Assembly: GCA_963696385.1 (NCBI GenBank)
Contig: CAVOKF010000007.1
Span: 768,001-832,000, forward strand
DNA: 64,000 nucleotides
DNA from: an uncultured delta proteobacterium
GTDB lineage: Bacteria > Myxococcota_A > Polyangia > Polyangiales > Polyangiaceae
Direction of reading: 5' to 3'
The translations under genes and the position numbers were made by a program. Under the pieces are notes generated by a model. That model had not been told where the DNA came from. It saw only the letters and a program-made list of their open reading frames with translations, and searched no databases. Each line of letters begins with the position of its first letter. The first letter of the stretch is position 1. This document shows positions 1 to 7,885 of this stretch, one piece after another.

Positions 1-1871
1 GCGCGCGACGCGCAGAAAGCGAGGAGGTCCCCTCGCCGCTCCTCGCTCGACAAGTCTGTGACGGCGCGCGTCTCGCGCACGAGGCCCGCGGCGGTCGCCA
101 GGTCGCCGCAGAGAAGCAGCCCGGCTCTCGCCGCGGTGAGTTCGACGCCACGCATCCACGCCCCGATCCTCGCCTGTCCACCGCGCGCGTCGAGTGCCTG
201 AACCGCTTGGATGAGCGCCTGACGAGCCGGCTCGTCGATGCGAGTCGCGAGACGAGCACGCAGCGCCCGAATCTCGGGGGACGCGGCGGCCGACGCGCTC
301 TCGCGCAGACCGAGCTGCACCGTCGCAAAGAGTAGCTCGGTCAGCTCGTCTCGCGTCGGGTAGTAGAGAAGGACGCGATGCTCGGAGCGAAGGTAGGTCA
401 GGTGTCGAGCTGCGAGAAATGCAAAATCCTTCGCTGACCGTCCGGACAGCACGGTGCGCCCCAGCGCCGTCGACGGCTCGCGGGCTTGGATGACCTCGAT
501 GCCCGGCACGTGGTCGGCGGCGTAGAGATCCGGGCACCGGACCCCTAGAAACCGCGCCGCCCATTGAAAGGTGCGGACCACCGAAGCTGTGCTCGTCTCA
601 CTCAGCCGCTGTTCGCGATCCGTCAGCGGTAGCTTGCGGGCCGCGCGCAGGCTTTCGACCTTCACACGGATGGCCGCGTCCTCAATCCCGGCAAAGAGTG
701 CCGCCAGTACTTCGTCGTAGCCGGGAGCCCGCAAAAGCCCCCAAGCCGCCGCGTCAATCGGCGCACGCGCTCGGACGGGGCCGACCAATCGTGCGTGGTC
801 CACCAAAATCCGCTGATCCGACGAGAGGGCGCCGAGCTCCTCGAGAGCCATGGCCGCCAACAGCGCGCCATCGACGCTTCCGTTACGACGGTAGATTTCG
901 AACGCAGTCGCGTAAAGCGGCGCATGCATTGGAGCCCGAGCCGCCGTGGCTTCGATTTCGTCCAGCGTCTGGAGCTCGATCCCCGCGGTGCGAACGGCGG
1001 TTCCCGTTACCGCATCGTCCGCCGCCGCGAGGCTCCCGACTTCGCCGCGCGACTCGCCGGCCGCCGCGACAATCTCAGCCGGAGGGACCGCGACCTCGCC
1101 AACCGCCGAGGCCGCCCGGGGTTCCTGAACGGCGAACTCGTCCGTGACGTCGACCGCCGCGGGCACGGAGACGGCCCCCTGCGTGACTGCCGCCGTCGAG
1201 GGCTCGGGACCGACAGCGGAGACGCCAATCGCGGCTTCGCTGGAATCTGCACCGTGGCGAAACACGACATGCTCGGCCGCTGCGCGGCTCTGTAGAGAAC
1301 CATCGGCCGCCGCGTGCATCGCCTGCAGCACCCGCGCGACCGGCACCGGCGCAGCTTGCGGCCCGAGCGGAGCCAGGGCCGCCGCCAGTGCAGCCCGGGT
1401 GAAGGCGAACCGCCCGGGGGACTGGGAGGCGCGTCGCAGCGCTGCCAATACGGCGTAACCGTGGCTGGCGGTTCCCAGAGCCTCAACGGCCGACGCGAGC
1501 CAATCGCGCCCACTGGGCGCGGGGTCTAAATCATTCTCGTACGTCAAGTCGACCACGAACGAGAGGTCGGCAGGCCGTCTTGCCGCAAAGGCCTCGGGGA
1601 GCTGGCGCAGGGACGCGGAGCGACCGCCTCCAAAGGCGAGGCCGTCGGCTCCGAGCAGGCGCCCGCTCACGTGAACGAGCACCGAATCCCCCGCCGTGAT
1701 GCTCCGCGCCGCTTTTGCGACCGCGTCGTCTGGATGCTGGGCGGCGCCGACGATCACGACGTCGAACTTGGAGCGCGCGAGCTGGCCGCGCAGCCACGCC
1801 AGCGCTTCTCGACGGGACGCCGAATCGTCCGCCCGCGGATCCGATGGAGCGACCAGAAGGGCCAACCGCAT
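1..1871 (-). CDS. Hypothetical protein, runs off the window: degenerate caspase-like (peptidase C14 fold) N-terminus, low-complexity linker, myxobacterial C-terminal domain resembling a degenerate M48 peptidase
   Basis: Translated by hand (absent from ORF track because it has no stop in the window). ATG at 1871, open to position 1: MRLALLVAPS...DSVLVHVSGR...FVVDLTY...GYAVLAA...FTRAAL; C-terminal part ...FAFLAARHLTYL...WMRGVELTAARAGLLLCGDL. Confidence 0.75.
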   Translation of the reverse strand, partial: MRLALLVAPSDPRADDSASRREALAWLRGQLARSKFDVVIVGAAQHPDDAVAKAARSITAGDSVLVHVSGRLLGADGLAFGGGRSASLRQLPEAFAARRPADLSFVVDLTYENDLDPAPSGRDWLASAVEALGTASHGYAVLAALRRASQSPGRFAFTRAALAAALAPLGPQAAPVPVARVLQAMHAAADGSLQSRAAAEHVVFRHGADSSEAAIGVSAVGPEPSTAAVTQGAVSVPAAVDVTDEFAVQEPRAASAVGEVAVPPAEIVAAAGESRGEVGSLAAADDAVTGTAVRTAGIELQTLDEIEATAARAPMHAPLYATAFEIYRRNGSVDGALLAAMALEELGALSSDQRILVDHARLVGPVRARAPIDAAAWGLLRAPGYDEVLAALFAGIEDAAIRVKVESLRAARKLPLTDREQRLSETSTASVVRTFQWAARFLGVRCPDLYAADHVPGIEVIQAREPSTALGRTVLSGRSAKDFAFLAARHLTYLRSEHRVLLYYPTRDELTELLFATVQLGLRESASAAASPEIRALRARLATRIDEPARQALIQAVQALDARGGQARIGAWMRGVELTAARAGLLLCGDLATAAGLVRETRAVTDLSSEERRGDLLAFCASR

Positions 1872-1979
1872 TCGAACCGCTCTAGGGTAGAGGCCGCATC
1901 CAACACGGGCGAGCGCGACGGAAAGCGCGAGCGGGCGCATTCCAGCCCCAGCGCAGCATTGCGACCTGATGGCGCTTAT

Positions 1980-2037
1980 GGGTCGCGGTCGGGGTCGGGG
2001 TCGGGGTCGGGGTAGTCGGGGTCGCGGTCGGGGTCGC
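1980..2037. repeat. GGGGTC/GCGGTC short tandem repeat array
   Basis: GGGTC GCGGTC (GGGGTC)3 GGGGTA GTC GGGGTC GCGGTC GGGGTC, directly abutting the egtD stop codon. Confidence 0.9.
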
Positions 2038-3036
2038 TTAGGACAGACTGGACACGCGGGCTATGCACACCGCAAAGCGACCGTCGCTGATCCATTCGGT
2101 GAGTCGCAAGCCGCCCGCGCTGAGCATGTGCTCGGCGCTCTCGCGCGTGAACTTGCGGCTGATTTCCGTGAGGAGGTGCTCGCCCTTCGTCAGATCGACG
2201 TGCAGGTCGGCGAGGCGCAATGTGAGCCTTTGGTCGCGAGTCGACACCAGGTGCATCTCGACGCGCTGCCGCGCAGAATCGTAAAATGCGCAGTGATCGA
2301 ACGATTGCTCGTCGACCTCGCCGTCCAGCTCACGCGCGATGACCCTGAGCACGTTCCTGTTGAACGCAGCCGTGACGCCCTGGGTGTCGTTGTAGGCCGC
2401 GCGAAGCACCCTCGGGTCCTTGACGAGATCGAGGCCAAGCAAGAACCGATCGTGCTCGGTCATGAGCTCGGCAAACTTGCCGAGCAGCAGCGGCGCTTCG
2501 TTCTCGTCGAGGTTGCCGATCGTGCTTCCGAGAAACGCGAAGAGGCGCGGACCCGTCAGAGCGTGCGTCGCGGCGCCCAGTCGGTCGCAATCGTAGGCGA
2601 AGTCTCCGACGACGCCCCGGACTCGAAGCGTCGGATGGGCGGCAAGAAGCTCGGTGGCCGAGTGCTCGATGACGTCGGCCGAGATGTCGAACGGAACGTA
2701 CGACGGCGCCGCGGACCGACCGCACATGGCTCGGAGCAGCGCACCCGTCTTACGGGCCATGCCGCTGCCAATCTCGATGAGCGCGCCGGCACCCGCCTGC
2801 CCGACGATCGTGTCCGCATGCTCGACGAGAAGCGAGCTCTCGGCCCGCGTCAGGTAGTATTCGGGCAGATCGCAGATCGCGTCGAACAAGCGACAGCCGA
2901 CTTCGTCGTAGAAGTATTTCGACGGAATCGAGCGGGGGACGCGAGACAGGCCGGCGCGCACCTCGCGCGCCAAGGTCGATCGCCGCTCCGCGCGTGGACC
3001 CGCGCTTACGAGCTCGTATCGCGGTCCAACCTGCAC
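2038..3036 (-). CDS. egtD: L-histidine N-alpha-methyltransferase (ergothioneine biosynthesis)
   Basis: PSKYFYDEVG, LPEYYLTRAE, IEIGSG, FLGSTIGN, AYNDTQGVTAAFNRN, TEISRKF motifs. Confidence 0.92.
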   Translation of the reverse strand: MQVGPRYELVSAGPRAERRSTLAREVRAGLSRVPRSIPSKYFYDEVGCRLFDAICDLPEYYLTRAESSLLVEHADTIVGQAGAGALIEIGSGMARKTGALLRAMCGRSAAPSYVPFDISADVIEHSATELLAAHPTLRVRGVVGDFAYDCDRLGAATHALTGPRLFAFLGSTIGNLDENEAPLLLGKFAELMTEHDRFLLGLDLVKDPRVLRAAYNDTQGVTAAFNRNVLRVIARELDGEVDEQSFDHCAFYDSARQRVEMHLVSTRDQRLTLRLADLHVDLTKGEHLLTEISRKFTRESAEHMLSAGGLRLTEWISDGRFAVCIARVSSLS

Positions 3037-3117
3037 TCGACGACTCCTAGCTCGTCCCGTGCCATCCCAACGGGTCCTTTCCTCGAACGATCTTCTTGAT
3101 CCGGCCCCGGGGCGCGG

Positions 3118-3396
3118 TCATGGCCTGACGAGGTACTCGGTCGGAGGTCCGATCTTCGGTTCGACCGGTTCGCGCCGCACGCGCCAGACGCCCGAAGCGT
3201 CGATGACGACGTCTCGCCGTTCGCCCCCATCGCTTCGAAGCACGACGCGCAGCGGCGGCGCAGGCGTCCAACTCCATTCGACCACAGTCCAGATGTCGGG
3301 CCCCTCGTCGAGCTCGCGAGCCGCTCCGCTCGCCGCAAAAATCTCGAGGTTGTTCTTTCCTGTCTGCGTCGGGACTGTCGGGGGCATGCGGACCAT
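3118..3396 (-). CDS. Small hypothetical protein
   Basis: 92-aa ORF with protein-like composition, co-oriented with and just upstream of egtD; no recognised motif. Confidence 0.45.
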   Translation of the reverse strand: MVRMPPTVPTQTGKNNLEIFAASGAARELDEGPDIWTVVEWSWTPAPPLRVVLRSDGGERRDVVIDASGVWRVRREPVEPKIGPPTEYLVRP

Positions 3397-3771
3397 CGGT
3401 GGGCACCCTGTGGCTTCGCACGCGCGACCGCAAGCGAATAGCGCGAACGGCCCGGCCCCCGAACCCGGTGCGGGGGGCGAAACGCCTTCGCGAGGGGCCG
3501 ACCGGGTCGAGTGGGCGCGACGGGCGTGGATTCGGTCGGGAAACGGGAACGAAAGAGCGTTGCCGGGGCGCGCAACGCGGGCGGGGTGAGGGCCAAAGCC
3601 TGCTGCGTTTTGCCCTCAGTTCGAACTTTCGGGCCGTGCTTCGGGTTGACCGCGCGGCGCGCGACACCTCGAAATCGTTCGCGTTTTCTAGATTGGTTCA
3701 CGGTTGGCACGATTCGACTATGAGCGCAGCGCGCAGATGTGCGAAAGCCGTCGGCGGACAAGGAGGTGCTC

Positions 3772-4350
3772 ATGCTCGTGCCTGCAATCGCACTCTGCTG
3801 GTGGTTGATGTCGATTCCGGCGGCATCCGCCGCTCAGCCCACGAAGGTCCTACGAGCCGATGCTTCGCGATGGGACAGCGTTGCATCCCAAGCGATCGGC
3901 GCCTCGGCACGACGCGTCCAGTTCAATCCGAGCGACCCACCGGGTCGGGCCGGGGGTGCCGCAGCGGTCCACGACGCGACGGAAAACGCCGAGCCATCCG
4001 ATCCACCGGCGGTCCACGACGCGACGGAAGAGACCATCGCCGGCGCGACGCCGACCGTCAAGGACACGATCGAAGGAAACGAGGCCGACGCCCCAGCGGA
4101 GGCCAAGGACTCGACCGAAGAGGCCGAGTCCGCCCCGAAGACGGAGCGAACCGTCTATCGCGGGCTCATCACGCAAGAGATCGCGCGCGCCGCGCGCAGC
4201 TTCCTGGACTTGCCGATGGGCACGGAACGCGCCGGCGACGTGGAGGGCCGGCACTTTCTCTTCGTTCTCGAGCGGCACTATCATCCGCCCGGGTTCGTGG
4301 GCGCCCCGAACGGGTGGCACAAGGGCGTCACGGTTTACGAAACGCACTGA
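3772..4350 (+). CDS. Exported hypothetical protein with acidic linker
   Basis: AGGAGG at 3761-3766, signal-peptide-like start, duplicated AVHDATE, compact C-terminal domain ...ERHYHP...WHKGVTVYE. Confidence 0.65.
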   Translation: MLVPAIALCWWLMSIPAASAAQPTKVLRADASRWDSVASQAIGASARRVQFNPSDPPGRAGGAAAVHDATENAEPSDPPAVHDATEETIAGATPTVKDTIEGNEADAPAEAKDSTEEAESAPKTERTVYRGLITQEIARAARSFLDLPMGTERAGDVEGRHFLFVLERHYHPPGFVGAPNGWHKGVTVYETH

Positions 4351-4366
4351 GTCGCGTTCCACTCGC

Positions 4367-7303
4367 TCACACCGGGTCGCGCCGGCGCAGCGCGACCAAA
4401 ACGACCAGAATCGTGAACGCGGTCATCGCAAATAGGATGGTCGCGGGCAGCCATGGAGAACTCCACTCGGTAAAACCCCACGCGCCCGTGATCGAATCGC
4501 TCGCCATTTGCGCGATGGCGCACTGGAAGCGACCCGCAAACGTGAAATCGGGCAGGCTGGTCAGGTCGGGCCTGTGCAGGTCGATGTTCCACGCGGGTTG
4601 CGACGCGATCGCGGCGCGCTCGCTCGAGATCGCCGCCTCGAAGCCCCAGCGCGAAGGCATCAGGTACATGAGCGGCTTCAAGTTGGCGTTGGTCGTCATG
4701 GGGACCATCAGCCCGCCCAGAACGACCTGGGGGATGAGCGCGATCGGCGTCAGCGCCATGGCAGCCTCCGCGGACGTCACGACCGCGGAGATGCCGAGGC
4801 CGAGCGCCGTTGCGCTCATCGTCAGGGCGACGAGGTTGCCGAGTTCGCAAACGAACGCAACCGAGCCGCCGCTGAAGCCGAGCGCAAGGAAAACGATCCC
4901 GAGCAGCGTCGCGCACTGGACGACGCCAAAAAAGCTCAGCAGGACGTACTTCGAGAGCACGTAGTTGAAGAGCCCAAGATTGACCATCCGCTCGCGCAGG
5001 TAAATCGCACGCTCGGTGACGATCTCGCGCGCGGCGTTGCTCGTGCCGAACCAGATGCAGCTCACGACCACGAAGAACATGGCTGCGGTGTGGTCGGTGG
5101 TCGGCTGCATCGAGCTCAGCAAGTTGGTCGTCGTGGTCGCGCTCGTGTTGTTCTTCGCGGACAGCTCCTGCAGCGCGCCGAGGCACCAATACGGCACGGC
5201 GGCTTTTTGGGCACCGAACACGATCCACAGCAACGCCCCGATGACGGGCGCCTGGAGGAACATGATCGCCGCCCCGAGACGGTCGCGAATTTTGACTTTC
5301 CAATAGCGTGAGGTGAGAAGACCGAACTGCCGCGCATGGGCCACGGCGGCGCGATGGGGCACGCCGCGCGCACCGGCAGCTGCGCCGATCTTGCGGCGCG
5401 CCGAATACATCTTCTGAAATAAGGGATTGTCGTTGCGGAAAAACTCCGCCCGCCACGCCCTCGCGGCCTCCAAACGAGCCTCGCCACGCGTCGTCCGAGG
5501 GTTCGCACGCCGCATCTCGTCGAGCACCAGCCGCTCACGGGCGTTGAGCATGTCGAACATGTCGCGCGGGTTGTCGATGCGCTTGTGAGGCGGACTCGCG
5601 CGCGACGCGATGCCCCCGAAGAAATCGTAGGCGGCCTCGCCGGAGGGACCGAAGTAGGTCGGCGTGCCGCCGTAACCCATCACCAGGCAGATGTTGAACT
5701 TCTCGAACTCGTCTTTGGCCGGCTGATGGATCGTCGTAATGATGGTCTTGCCCGTCTTTCGTGCGAGCTCCGACAAGAGGTTGACGAGCGCCGTCGTGTC
5801 GTCCGCGGCGAGCCCGCTGGTCGGCTCGTCGAGAAAAAGGAGGACCGGATCGGTCACGAGCTCGAGCGCAATGTTGACGCGCTTGCGCTGCCCGCCGGAC
5901 AGGACCTTTTTCTCCGGCTTTCCGATTTGCAAGGTGGCGACGCCTTCGAGCCCGAGGTCGCGCAGCGTGTCGTCGACCCGACGGTCGATTTCTTCTTCGG
6001 CGTAATCGGGAGGGAGGCGGAAGCGCGCCGAGTACTTGACCGCTTCGAAGACGGTGAGCTCGGGGTGGACGATGTCGTCTTGCGGGACGTACCCGATGCT
6101 GCCGCGAAGCGCGTCGTAGATCGTGTACAGGTCCTCCCCGTTGATTCGGACCTGACCGCTCGTCGGCGGCAGGTAGCCGTTGAGCGCGAGCAAGAGGGTC
6201 GTCTTTCCGGCCCCCGACGGACCCATCAGAGCGATCATGTCCCCGGGGAGTGCCTTGAAGGAGACCTGGTCGAGCAGAACCTTCTTGCACGCCCTATCGT
6301 CTCGATCGGGAACCTCGAGGGACAGGTTCCAGGCTTCTATCTCGTAAAGGGGGCGACCCGCCCAGTTGACCTGGTCCTCGACGACGACGTTGACGCGGCT
6401 GTCGCCGATTTGAATCAATAGCGGCATGGGGCCGACGAAGACCTTCTCGCCGCTCCGGACGGGCACGCGTTGCCCCGCCGCCAGCCTCTGGCCGCGCACG
6501 AACGTGCCGTTCGCGCTGCCCCGGTCCTCCAGAAAGAGCTTTTCGCCCACCTTGACGATGGCGGCGTGCTTCGAGCTCACCTGCGGGTGATTGACGACGA
6601 TCTGGTTGTCGGACGTTCGTCCGATCGAGACGACATTGGCGTGGAGCTGATCGAGCGACAGCTCCCCGATGACGGTCCGATGCTTTCGGGGTGCGTCGTT
6701 CGGCGCGGCGACAGCGGGGCCGGGGGCCGATCCGGGCAGCGCCCCACCGAGCGGCACGTGCGCGAGCTGCGCGAGGACGGACACGGGCACCGGAACGGGC
6801 CCGAACGCGACGATCCCATGCGGGTCGATGGGGGTCGGATGATCGGGCGCAAGCTGCTGGCCGCCGACCCATGTGCCGCTCGTCGACCCATGGTCGACGA
6901 CCACCATCTTGTCGAGCATCACGGTGGCGTGCAATCCGCTGACCGCCGCGTGGGCGAGCACGAGCGAGACGCGGGCCGGATCGCGCCCGAGGACGACGTG
7001 CCCTGCCGGCACCTGAAGCTGGCCCGCCGACATGAGCATTTTCGCCAATGCCGGATGCGACAGCGGCACCGGCGCACCGCCCACCGCGAATGGGACGCGA
7101 AAGTCGAACGGGACCGGCTGCTGCGCGAGCACGGGAACCCCGTTGGCGGTTGAGACGCCGACGCCCAGGTCGACGAAAAACAACGGCCCGTTGTGCCGTG
7201 TGACCCGGGCGTGATGCGGCGCCACCCCCGACCCGGAGACCACCACGTCGTTGTCGGGGGCGCTGCCGATGGTGACGCTGTCGCGGCCGAGGGCGGCGTT
7301 CAT
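4367..7303 (-). CDS. FHA-domain ABC transporter, fused ATPase and permease (ABCG/Rv1747-like)
   Basis: Three FHA-like segments (IGS, LGRD, IGRT with S..HA and NGT), Walker A GPSGAGKT, LSGGQ, LFLDEPTSG, TIHQP, multi-TM C-terminus. Confidence 0.92.
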   Translation of the reverse strand: MNAALGRDSVTIGSAPDNDVVVSGSGVAPHHARVTRHNGPLFFVDLGVGVSTANGVPVLAQQPVPFDFRVPFAVGGAPVPLSHPALAKMLMSAGQLQVPAGHVVLGRDPARVSLVLAHAAVSGLHATVMLDKMVVVDHGSTSGTWVGGQQLAPDHPTPIDPHGIVAFGPVPVPVSVLAQLAHVPLGGALPGSAPGPAVAAPNDAPRKHRTVIGELSLDQLHANVVSIGRTSDNQIVVNHPQVSSKHAAIVKVGEKLFLEDRGSANGTFVRGQRLAAGQRVPVRSGEKVFVGPMPLLIQIGDSRVNVVVEDQVNWAGRPLYEIEAWNLSLEVPDRDDRACKKVLLDQVSFKALPGDMIALMGPSGAGKTTLLLALNGYLPPTSGQVRINGEDLYTIYDALRGSIGYVPQDDIVHPELTVFEAVKYSARFRLPPDYAEEEIDRRVDDTLRDLGLEGVATLQIGKPEKKVLSGGQRKRVNIALELVTDPVLLFLDEPTSGLAADDTTALVNLLSELARKTGKTIITTIHQPAKDEFEKFNICLVMGYGGTPTYFGPSGEAAYDFFGGIASRASPPHKRIDNPRDMFDMLNARERLVLDEMRRANPRTTRGEARLEAARAWRAEFFRNDNPLFQKMYSARRKIGAAAGARGVPHRAAVAHARQFGLLTSRYWKVKIRDRLGAAIMFLQAPVIGALLWIVFGAQKAAVPYWCLGALQELSAKNNTSATTTTNLLSSMQPTTDHTAAMFFVVVSCIWFGTSNAAREIVTERAIYLRERMVNLGLFNYVLSKYVLLSFFGVVQCATLLGIVFLALGFSGGSVAFVCELGNLVALTMSATALGLGISAVVTSAEAAMALTPIALIPQVVLGGLMVPMTTNANLKPLMYLMPSRWGFEAAISSERAAIASQPAWNIDLHRPDLTSLPDFTFAGRFQCAIAQMASDSITGAWGFTEWSSPWLPATILFAMTAFTILVVLVALRRRDPV

Positions 7304-7315
7304 GAAACGCTCATC

Positions 7316-7720
7316 TTAGGCGAATCGGGCTTTGACCTTTCGCAGCACCGCGAGGTCGGGCGGAGGAAATCGGGCGGGGTCGAGATCGCCGGCCACCGCC
7401 CATGCCAAATCGGCCACATCGATCGGCCGCGGCTCGGGGGAGCCCGGCACACGGGTCACCTCGAAGAACAGAAGCAAGACGGCTTTGTCGACCTCGCCGT
7501 ACCGATGAAATGCGACGTCCACGATCTCGCCGACGTCCGCGTCGATGCCAATTTCCTCGCGCAGCTCCCTGCGGAGCCCCTCCCTGGGATCCTCGCCCGC
7601 GAGCACCTTGCCGCCCGGGAACTCCCAGGTTCCAGCGAGGTGGGTGCCGGCCTTGCGCCGTGTGACGAGCACCCGGTCGTGCTCGACGAGGATGGCGGCC
7701 GCGACCACGACCGTTTGCAT
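7316..7720 (-). CDS. NUDIX hydrolase, MutT/NudG-like
   Basis: ATG at 7720; WEFPGGK...LRRELREEIG Nudix box. Confidence 0.9.
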   Translation of the reverse strand: MQTVVVAAAILVEHDRVLVTRRKAGTHLAGTWEFPGGKVLAGEDPREGLRRELREEIGIDADVGEIVDVAFHRYGEVDKAVLLLFFEVTRVPGSPEPRPIDVADLAWAVAGDLDPARFPPPDLAVLRKVKARFA

Positions 7721-7885
7721 GGCGGGCCATTGTACCCCGAGCCACGACCGGCAGACACGAGCCCGCGGAAACCTGCAGCCGCACCGCCCTTTTCTTTTCG
7801 GGCTCGCGGCAGCGGCCCTTGCGGTATCGTCCGCGCTCGCGACGATTTCAGGCGCGTGCCGAACCTGCGTCCATTCGAGGGTGTC

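Noticed and set aside
3704..3720. TGGCACG as a sigma54 promoter for the 3772 gene
   Set aside because: The -24 element is good but there is no GC at the -12 position
7193..7885. N-terminal extension of the HEAT protein given by the ORF track
   Set aside because: Overlaps the NUDIX and FHA-ABC genes on the opposite strand; ATG 7886 before the TM helix is more plausible
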